IMG/VR virus record: IMGVR_UViG_3300017730_000002
Location: 1 to 64,000 of that record
Length of the DNA: 64,000 nt
Direction: 5' to 3' (one strand)
DNA from: a virus
Shown here: positions 57,009 through 64,000 of the stretch, piece after piece
How positions within the stretch are numbered: the first letter of the stretch is position 1
Layout: each line of letters opens with the position of its first letter
Translations under genes and position numbers: made by a program
Notes under the pieces: model-generated
Told to the model about the DNA's origin: nothing
Seen by the model: the letters and a program-made list of their open reading frames with translations, nothing else
Database searches by the model: none

Positions 57009-57312
57009 AATATTATTAGCAGCACTCTTATTAGTAGGGTGTGGTAAAAAACTAGATCTTGTAGAAAAACGAGATGCTGTATGGGACAAAGCAGAAATGA
57101 TTGATGTCAAATGTTACAAGAGTGACACTGATCCAAGGTATTTACAAACCTTTGAGATGAATGGATACAAGTTTGTAATATATACTAATGGACGTGGTAG
57201 TGCTATGCAAGCAATACCTTTAAATAATAATGCAGAATATATCCGCATGTTAGAAGAAGAGAATCAATTGCTAGGAGAAACATTAGCAGAATACTCTTTA
57301 AATTATGAATAA
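56992..57312 (+). CDS. Lipoprotein
   Basis: MIRILLAALLLVG-C lipobox; start probably 57001. Confidence 0.65.
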   Translation: MQKMIRILLAALLLVGCGKKLDLVEKRDAVWDKAEMIDVKCYKSDTDPRYLQTFEMNGYKFVIYTNGRGSAMQAIPLNNNAEYIRMLEEENQLLGETLAEYSLNYE

Positions 57313-57432
57313 GCCTTGTTATAGATGCCATGTAGTAAAAGACACCTCTGAGATGGAAGAGATTGGAGTGTGGATATGTAAAGATTGCCTAGGGGAATCT
57401 GAAAGTAAAAACAAAAAGAAAAAAAGTAAATT

Positions 57433-58134
57433 ATGAGTAAAGCAGAATTAGAATCAGTAAGTGTAAATACTAATGCACAATTAGAGTTAAAAGTAACTAA
57501 GGAAGATGTATTAAATGTATTATTGGAAAAGAAAGAAAATGAGCTTGTTGAAGCTATAGAAAAGTTGACTGTTATAAAAGATGAGAATGAAAAGAACTCA
57601 AAACAAGTAATGGAAGATTTTATATTGTCAATAGTAAATAAAGAATTTACAGAATGCGAACATTATTATGCTAAGGACCTTAGAAGCCGTGTTAGATATG
57701 CTTGGGAACATCTAACTGTTTATGACTTTAATGGATATGATGTTTATGATATCGTACAATTAAATACTGTAAAGAATCCTTCAAGAGTAAAACAGAAAAA
57801 AGTACATACTTCAACTTATACTTATAAAGTAAATATGAGAGGTGATAATACTTTTGCATATCATTTAATAAAAGAGGTAGAAGATTTAAATGGATGGGAA
57901 GGTACACTTAATAAAAGAGTAGAGCAAAAACTAACAAAAGATCAAATAAAAGATCTTAAGATAGCAATTAAAAAAATAAATGCTTTTAATGAAGCTTATA
58001 AGAATGATCATATAGCTTTAGCTACTCTTGAGTATGAGTTATTGACTTTAGATACCAACCGTGCATTTAGAAATAAACTTACTAAGACTATTATTGCTAA
58101 TGCAGATTTAACACAACTTTTATTAGACGCATAA
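57433..58134 (+). CDS. Hypothetical coiled-coil protein
   Basis: ORF track. Confidence 0.7.
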   Translation: MSKAELESVSVNTNAQLELKVTKEDVLNVLLEKKENELVEAIEKLTVIKDENEKNSKQVMEDFILSIVNKEFTECEHYYAKDLRSRVRYAWEHLTVYDFNGYDVYDIVQLNTVKNPSRVKQKKVHTSTYTYKVNMRGDNTFAYHLIKEVEDLNGWEGTLNKRVEQKLTKDQIKDLKIAIKKINAFNEAYKNDHIALATLEYELLTLDTNRAFRNKLTKTIIANADLTQLLLDA

Positions 58135-58135
58135 T

Positions 58136-58318
58136 ATGAAAGGATTAGTAATTAATACATATTGGTTAGGAGCTCTTATAACTTACCTAGGCTGTATATT
58201 TTTCTTGACTTCATTAGATGTTATTGTATCTATGATTGGATGGTTTATTATACCCCAGGTATTTAAGTTTAGGGTAAATGAAGAAATAAAAGATTTAGAT
58301 GACAAAGCAGTGGACTGA
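58136..58318 (+). CDS. Small membrane protein
   Basis: Two hydrophobic segments. Confidence 0.6.
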   Translation: MKGLVINTYWLGALITYLGCIFFLTSLDVIVSMIGWFIIPQVFKFRVNEEIKDLDDKAVD

Positions 58319-58628
58319 TAAAAACATGCTTGAATTTGCAAGAATTGCATCTGGAGGATCCTATGGGGATTACAAAGGATGCAAGTCTTTGCAATCAAAG
58401 CTAGAAAGATATGAACTTATGAATAAAACAAAAAAAGTAAGAGTACTAGTAGATGTATATTATAGCAGAAGTACAGAGTTTGAAATGAATGCTCCTATTG
58501 ATGCTGGAGAAGAAGAAGTTATAGAGTATGTAGAGGATCATTTCTTTGAGAATATGCCAGATATGGCTAATATAACTTTGCACGAAGATGAAGTAAAACA
58601 CCAAGTAATATCAATAGAAGATGAGTAA
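58299..58628 (+). CDS. Hypothetical protein
   Basis: ORF track. Confidence 0.65.
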   Translation: MTKQWTDKNMLEFARIASGGSYGDYKGCKSLQSKLERYELMNKTKKVRVLVDVYYSRSTEFEMNAPIDAGEEEVIEYVEDHFFENMPDMANITLHEDEVKHQVISIEDE

Positions 58629-58830
58629 AGATTTAAATAAACACAGACAAGTAAAAAGTGTAGATAGTAATAGTATTATCACAAAGAAAGCTGATAGGGT
58701 TTTACCTGTAAAGTTAAGATCAAGATTTGATATGATATTTGAGATAATAGATATAGAAAAGAAGTATCCAAATGATGCTGACTTAGGTAAACACCTTAGA
58801 CAAGAAATATTATCATGGAAAGACGAATAA
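58621..58830 (+). CDS. Hypothetical protein (YPNDADLG motif)
   Basis: ORF track. Confidence 0.65.
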   Translation: MSKDLNKHRQVKSVDSNSIITKKADRVLPVKLRSRFDMIFEIIDIEKKYPNDADLGKHLRQEILSWKDE

Positions 58831-59237
58831 AGAATCTAGGTAAGAAAATATTGGATGAGCACTATAAAATAACTAGTAATCCTGAAGCTAAGAATTCAAA
58901 CATAATGTGGATGATGTATTTAAATAAAGCTAATACATCTAAAGCAGGAATGATTAAGCCATGGATGTTTTTAGCTGAAGCGCATCTTTTGATGTATTTG
59001 GGCTATATGGATAAGTATGCTGTGGAAAATCTAGTTAATCTTATAAAGTCTCCAGATAAAGATAACTTATTTGTGGCTTCTCAAGTAATTAAGTTTTATA
59101 GAAACTTAAGAATAAAAGAACTTGGGGAGTTTGACAAAAAGAAATCTAAGTATAGAGAAGTTATACGTGACTATGATACTAAGATTTTAAATATGGATTT
59201 GTGGAAACAATACAAAAAATTAAAAGCAGATGACTGA
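58815..59237 (+). CDS. Hypothetical protein
   Basis: ORF track. Confidence 0.65.
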   Translation: MERRIKNLGKKILDEHYKITSNPEAKNSNIMWMMYLNKANTSKAGMIKPWMFLAEAHLLMYLGYMDKYAVENLVNLIKSPDKDNLFVASQVIKFYRNLRIKELGEFDKKKSKYREVIRDYDTKILNMDLWKQYKKLKADD

Positions 59238-59508
59238 GAAAGAACTAATGGACCTAGATTTTGAGAAAGTTATGGTATATGATGAAGAAAGTGATAATGG
59301 TTATGATTATCATTACTTTCGTAAACAAATTGGTGGTAGCATGTTTTTAGCCGCTGATACACTTAATAAAGAAGGAGAGCTACGTGTTAACATAGATGAT
59401 CCTGGATTGGTAATAAGAGATATAAACCTTGTAAAAGAATTAATAAATGTTTTCAGCAAAATTGAAGATGCAGAACGGGAAGTTAGTGTATCCAAAGAAA
59501 ATGGATAA
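59230..59508 (+). CDS. Hypothetical protein
   Basis: ORF track. Confidence 0.65.
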   Translation: MTEKELMDLDFEKVMVYDEESDNGYDYHYFRKQIGGSMFLAADTLNKEGELRVNIDDPGLVIRDINLVKELINVFSKIEDAEREVSVSKENG

Positions 59509-59809
59509 GCTTGCTTTCAAGTTATTTACTGAAAAACTTTCTGAAGGACAAGAGGTAGACATTTTTATGTCTATCTCTGATGCTGAGGGAAGTGGTGCAC
59601 AGATATCAAAAGTGCATGCTTGTATACGAGAATTGGCCAAGGAAAGTGGCTATAGCTTTGATGATATGAAAAAGCTAGTAAAAGAAAAAGCAGGGTTACT
59701 TATAGTCAATGATTATAAATCTTTTGCTGAATGTGATAAAAGTGAATTAAATTTAGCTATTCAAGCTTGTATAGAAATAGGTGAGTTCTATAATGTTAAT
59801 CTTCATTAG
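59447..59809 (+). CDS. NinB/YbcN-like protein
   Basis: 'S.AQ..KVHACIRELAKESGY....K..K...S....K.E' pattern. Confidence 0.5.
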   Translation: MFSAKLKMQNGKLVYPKKMDKLAFKLFTEKLSEGQEVDIFMSISDAEGSGAQISKVHACIRELAKESGYSFDDMKKLVKEKAGLLIVNDYKSFAECDKSELNLAIQACIEIGEFYNVNLH

Positions 59810-60131
59810 ATTTATTTATATCTTTTATAGCTTTTTTTAATGTATTAGGATCAATATCTTTTTCAATAAACATATTATTTTCTAAAGCTTGTTTTTCAAT
59901 TTCACCTATGAGCAAAGTAAGAGTATAAAAGGTTCTTTCTTTATCATTTAGATCAGCATAAGATTTTGATGTTAGATTTTTAATAAAATTTTCAGCATTA
60001 CCTTTAGGTGAGTTATTGATATCTTTAAAAGATGTAATTAAAGCTGACTTTACCATCATGTAAAAAGTTTTGTTTACATCAATATGCATTATTGCATCAT
60101 CCTTTAATTCTTTTACTTTAGTAGACTCCAT
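59796..60131 (-). CDS. Hypothetical protein on the opposite strand of the replication block
   Basis: Start corrected to MESTKV; fills the gap between + strand genes; TATATTTG box at 60146-60153. Confidence 0.7.
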   Translation of the reverse strand: MESTKVKELKDDAIMHIDVNKTFYMMVKSALITSFKDINNSPKGNAENFIKNLTSKSYADLNDKERTFYTLTLLIGEIEKQALENNMFIEKDIDPNTLKKAIKDINKSNED

Positions 60132-60161
60132 AATATTAATTTTACCAAATATAAAAAATAT

Positions 60162-60875
60162 ATGACACAAACAATAGATATAGAAGATATTAAACAAAAA
60201 ATATTTAAAAAATTAGAACCATCAGGTTGGGCTAGACCGCTTAAATCTTTTATATTTAGTTCTGATTTTGAGGATATAATTAAACAACTAGTAACGCTAT
60301 CTAAAGATGGTAAAAGATTCACTCCTAAATTAAGTCAGTTGTTTAGAGCATTTGAAGAATGTCCTTATGATGAACTTAAGGTAATTATGGTAGGTCAAGA
60401 CCCATACCCTAAGTTAGGAGTAGCAGATGGTATTGCATTTAGTTGTAGTAATACAATGGAGCAGCAACCAAGTTTAAGATTTATTTTAAATGAGGTTAAC
60501 AGAACTGTATATGATGGTGTAGGTCAATCACATGATCCAGACCTTACACGGTGGGCTAATCAAGGTATATTGATGCTAAATACTGCACTTACAACTACTG
60601 TAGGTAAAGTAGGGCAACATTATCCCATATGGAAACCTTTTTTAGCTTATTTATTTGATCATTTAACATTTGGTCACACAGGTTTAGTATATATTTACAT
60701 GGGTAAGCAAGCTCATGAATGGAAAGATACTGTACATGATATGAATTATAAGTTCCTTGTTAGCCATCCAGCAAGTGCTGTATACAATAAAGGCCAGACT
60801 TGGGATTCTAAAAATGTATTTGTAGATGTTCAAAAGATTTTAAAAGATAATATGAATTTTTCAGTAACTTGGTAG
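60162..60875 (+). CDS. ung: Uracil-DNA glycosylase (family 1)
   Basis: 'KVIMVGQDPYP', 'ADGIAFS', 'PSL', 'WANQGILMLNTALT', 'SHPAS'. Confidence 0.95.
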   Translation: MTQTIDIEDIKQKIFKKLEPSGWARPLKSFIFSSDFEDIIKQLVTLSKDGKRFTPKLSQLFRAFEECPYDELKVIMVGQDPYPKLGVADGIAFSCSNTMEQQPSLRFILNEVNRTVYDGVGQSHDPDLTRWANQGILMLNTALTTTVGKVGQHYPIWKPFLAYLFDHLTFGHTGLVYIYMGKQAHEWKDTVHDMNYKFLVSHPASAVYNKGQTWDSKNVFVDVQKILKDNMNFSVTW

Positions 60876-60876
60876 T

Positions 60877-61467
60877 ATGGATGAAATATTTAATAAATTA
60901 ATAAAAGAAAAGCTTACTCCTAATTCTTTATATGTATTACATTGTATTAAGAATAAGTTATCTGTATCTAAATCTTTAGCTAATTCTGATTTAGAAGTAC
61001 ATAGATTAAAGAGTGAGGATTGGCTTAATGAGGATTTGCAATTAACTAGTAAAAGCCTTATCTTTATGGAAGAATTAGGTTCTTATTTTAGAAAGACTAA
61101 AAAGAAAACTTCTAAAGATTTAATGGGGGATAATTATGACAATAAAATAAAGTTATATAACTCTTTATTCCCTGCTAAAAAACTTGGAAGTGGTAAGTAT
61201 GCAAGAACTAATGTAAAAAACTTGGAAGCAGGTTTTAGATGGTTTTTTGATACTTATGACTATGATTGGCATACAATATTATTAGCAACAAAAAAATATG
61301 TACTTGAATATAAAATGAAAAATTATGAATACATGAGAACATCCCAATATTTTATTAGAAAACAAAATACAGACAAATCTTTTGAGTCTGATTTAGCTAC
61401 TTACTGCGACATGTTAAATGAAGTAGATTCTAATGAATTTGACATATTCAAAGATAAAATAGTATAA
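60877..61467 (+). CDS. Putative replication initiation / helicase-associated protein
   Basis: N-terminal wHTH-like region, '..LFP..ATKKYV..YM....F' helical domain; immediately upstream of the DnaB-like gene. Confidence 0.45.
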   Translation: MDEIFNKLIKEKLTPNSLYVLHCIKNKLSVSKSLANSDLEVHRLKSEDWLNEDLQLTSKSLIFMEELGSYFRKTKKKTSKDLMGDNYDNKIKLYNSLFPAKKLGSGKYARTNVKNLEAGFRWFFDTYDYDWHTILLATKKYVLEYKMKNYEYMRTSQYFIRKQNTDKSFESDLATYCDMLNEVDSNEFDIFKDKIV

Positions 61468-61468
61468 T

Positions 61469-62470
61469 TTGGAACAATTCAATGGTGCAAAGCCTTTAAA
61501 GGCTATTAGTAAGGTGCGTGCTTATGAGAAGGCCCTTTTAGAAATGAGAGGGAGAATGGACGGTAGAATTAAAAGTCTTGCAACTGCATGGCCTAAGTTT
61601 AATGATGCTACACTAAATGGTTTAGAGTGGAATACTCTAACTGTTGTTGGCGCTAGACCTGGTGTTGGTAAAACTTTATTTATGGAGCAGCTTGTTACAG
61701 AAGTTATTGCTCTTAATAAAGATCAAGACTTTCAAGTTCTACAATTTCAATTTGAGATGCCTGAGAAAACTCTTGGTATGAGAGCGTTCTCTGCTATAAC
61801 TCAGAAAGATTATGGTGTCCTTCATAGTAAGTATGAACCTTTAGAAGAAGAGATTTACAATAAATGTAAACAATACACTAGTACACTTAATAAAAACAAT
61901 AGGGTATTCTCTATTTACAGACCGTGTACTGTTAATGAATTCTGCGCAAGTATAGATTATCATTTTAGACAAAATGTAAAAGAAGTTAATGGACAAAAGG
62001 TGTATCCTAAACTTTTAGTAACTGTAGATCACTCAGCTTTATTTAAAAGAGATAAGCATGAGAAAGATAGATTTGAAATGTTATACAATCTAGGTGAAGC
62101 GCTAACCTTTATGAAAAGAAGTTATCCACTATCATTTGTTATTTTAAGTCAATTAAATAGAAACATTGATGATCCTAAACGTGCTGTAGAAGGTACATAT
62201 GGTAATTATGTTCTAGACTCTGACTTATTTGGTGCTGATGCATTATTGCAACATGCTGATATAGTATTAGGTATTAATAAACCTGCTGCTAGAAAAATTA
62301 GATATTATGGTCCAGAAAGAATACAAATAACAGATCCAGAAACCTTGGTGTTTCATTTCTTAAAATGTAGAAATGGAGACACTAGAATAAGTTTCTTTAG
62401 ATTAGATAGAGATACAATAAGAATAGTAGAAATGAACACACCAACACAAAATAATAAAATTCAAATATGA
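61469..62470 (+). CDS. dnaB: DnaB-like replicative helicase
   Basis: 'VGARPGVGKT', 'FQFEM', 'VDH', 'LSQLNR', 'LQHAD', 'KCRNG'; TTG start. Confidence 0.9.
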   Translation: MEQFNGAKPLKAISKVRAYEKALLEMRGRMDGRIKSLATAWPKFNDATLNGLEWNTLTVVGARPGVGKTLFMEQLVTEVIALNKDQDFQVLQFQFEMPEKTLGMRAFSAITQKDYGVLHSKYEPLEEEIYNKCKQYTSTLNKNNRVFSIYRPCTVNEFCASIDYHFRQNVKEVNGQKVYPKLLVTVDHSALFKRDKHEKDRFEMLYNLGEALTFMKRSYPLSFVILSQLNRNIDDPKRAVEGTYGNYVLDSDLFGADALLQHADIVLGINKPAARKIRYYGPERIQITDPETLVFHFLKCRNGDTRISFFRLDRDTIRIVEMNTPTQNNKIQI

Positions 62471-63078
62471 GTACAAGACAAGAGAACCAAAAAGTTCTTA
62501 TGGCAACACACTTGCCAACATTTAAGAGGTTGAAGATTGCTGACCCTTATTTTATTGCTAAGTCTGCATGGGCGCCCCCAGGAGAAGCGCTTAAAATACA
62601 GTTCTTTCCTAATGAATTAAAACAAGGAAGAGATATCTATACAGAACTTAGTGATTTTAATGCTGTATCAGAAGATCCAACACATACATTGTATAAATTA
62701 AAGCATAATCCTTTTTATAAAGAGGAATATCCTTTAGAACAAAAGACTAGTAAGTCAGGTAATGATTATGAAGTTTATGTTGTACCTATTGAGGAGCTTG
62801 TTGCTATTGATAAGAAATCAGGTAAAGAAATACCTTATAATTCATATCAAGATTACTTAAAGAACCCTCCCAAAGAAGAAGTAGAGACTAAACCCGCTGA
62901 TTTTCCAAACTTTACTGAAGAATATCTTGATGTAGGGTTGAAGAAGAAAGAGGAAGATGATCCTAAATATGTTCCTTGGAAAGAAGATGAAGAAGAAGTA
63001 AAAAACTTTCCAGATTGGTTAAACACTTTGGATAGAATAGCAACTGCATTAGAAAAAATAGAAAAGAAAATAAAATGA
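62467..63078 (+). CDS. Hypothetical replication-region protein
   Basis: ORF track; ATGA coupling. Confidence 0.7.
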   Translation: MSTRQENQKVLMATHLPTFKRLKIADPYFIAKSAWAPPGEALKIQFFPNELKQGRDIYTELSDFNAVSEDPTHTLYKLKHNPFYKEEYPLEQKTSKSGNDYEVYVVPIEELVAIDKKSGKEIPYNSYQDYLKNPPKEEVETKPADFPNFTEEYLDVGLKKKEEDDPKYVPWKEDEEEVKNFPDWLNTLDRIATALEKIEKKIK

Positions 63079-63800
63079 GTATAGTACTTCCAACAAAAAA
63101 GGTAAAGAAAGAAAGAGTTAATCCTAAAAGATTAATAATCTATAGTAAACCAAAGACAGGTAAAACAACTGCATATGCAGGCTTAGAAAACAATTTAATA
63201 TTGGATCTAGAGAATGGTAGCGAGTATGTTGAAGCATTGAAAGTTAAAATTGAAAACTTACAAGAGCTTCTTGATGCAGGCAAGGCCATAAAAGAAGCAG
63301 ATAAACCTTATGATTATGTTACAATAGATACAGTAACCGCATTAGAAGAAATGGTAATGCCACTAGCTGTAAAAATGTACAAAAAGACACCAATGGGTAA
63401 AAATTATGATGGTAATAATGTAACAACTCTTGCAAATGGTGCTGGATATTTATATATTCGTCAGGCATTTTTTCAAGTATTGGATTTTATTGATACATTA
63501 GCGCCTCATATTATTTTATCTGGACACATCAAAGACAAAGTTGTAGATGATAAAGGAGAAATGGTTATGGCTGCTAATATTGACCTCACAGGTAAAATAA
63601 AATCTTTAATCTGCGCTAATGCAGATGCTATAGGTTATATGTACAGAAAGGGTAATAAGACCATCCTCAATTTTAAAAATGATGATGGTGTAACATGTGG
63701 TGCAAGACCTGACCACTTAAGAAATGAAGAAATAGTAGTTTCTGAAATGAATGAAAAAGGTGAGATAAAAACTCACTGGAATAAAATATACAAATCGTAA
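63075..63800 (+). CDS. AAA_24 / Sak4-like P-loop ATPase
   Basis: 'IIYSKPKTGKTT', 'LDLENG', 'IDTVT', 'ADAIGY'. Confidence 0.85.
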   Translation: MSIVLPTKKVKKERVNPKRLIIYSKPKTGKTTAYAGLENNLILDLENGSEYVEALKVKIENLQELLDAGKAIKEADKPYDYVTIDTVTALEEMVMPLAVKMYKKTPMGKNYDGNNVTTLANGAGYLYIRQAFFQVLDFIDTLAPHIILSGHIKDKVVDDKGEMVMAANIDLTGKIKSLICANADAIGYMYRKGNKTILNFKNDDGVTCGARPDHLRNEEIVVSEMNEKGEIKTHWNKIYKS

Positions 63801-63828
63801 TTATTAACAATTAAAAAAGAAAAATCAA

Positions 63829-64000
63829 ATGGCTTTAAGTACAACAGATTTAAAAGCAGAGGGTGGTAGCGGAATGCCTAAGACAATTGCTCCTGGTAAT
63901 CATGAACTAAAAATTAATAGTATAAGACTAGATGAATTTAGATTTATTGAAGGAGCATACCATTTACTTATGGAAATGGAAACTAAACCAATAGAAGGTT
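63829..64000 (+). CDS. Probable ssDNA-binding protein, 3'-truncated by the window edge
   Basis: MALSTTDLKAEGGSGMPKTIAPGNHELKI..; typical position after a Sak4-like ATPase. Confidence 0.5.
   Translation, partial: MALSTTDLKAEGGSGMPKTIAPGNHELKINSIRLDEFRFIEGAYHLLMEMETKPIEG

Noticed and set aside
56102-59640. Minus-strand track ORFs in the replication block (56102, 56284, 56913, 58183, 59313, 59440)
   Set aside because: They are antisense to the tRNA, the ncRNA candidate or coupled plus-strand genes, with no supporting signals.
1-64000. Stop-codon reassignment (TAG or TGA), known in some crAss-like phages
   Set aside because: Long genes are intact in the standard code, TAG and TGA end genes at sensible positions, and the only tRNA seen is Arg(UCU), not a suppressor.

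Overview
This AT-rich 64-kb window is part of a dsDNA tailed phage genome. Gene order and gene content match crAss-like (Crassvirales-related) podoviruses of Bacteroidota. The standard genetic code fits. 1-41.7 kb (minus strand) is the late/virion block, read from 41.7 kb toward position 1: accessory and tail-appendage genes, lysis genes, HU/IHF-like and nuclease genes, terminase, portal, scaffold-like protein, major capsid protein, a cluster of tiny Lys/Arg-rich proteins, ring and tail proteins, the tail stabilisation (muzzle) protein, and a >1490-aa multidomain virion protein that runs off the left edge. 41.9-64 kb (plus strand) is the early/replication block: mini-genes, HNH nuclease, SF2 helicase, ClpS, spore-photoproduct-lyase-like radical SAM enzyme, tRNA-Arg(UCU), uracil-DNA glycosylase, DnaB-like helicase and an AAA ATPase. 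The least explained signals are: (i) an array of cassettes at the start of the early region, each opened by a TTTCTTTTTTTTTA motif, including several ~130-nt non-coding structured units; (ii) several structured non-coding RNA candidates, the largest ~620 nt, in an ORF-free 1.4-kb region and around the tRNA; (iii) a recurring hydrophobic-K/R-x-G-G motif shared by the linkers of the multidomain virion protein and the small basic proteins. All family assignments come from motif recognition and synteny, not database searches.
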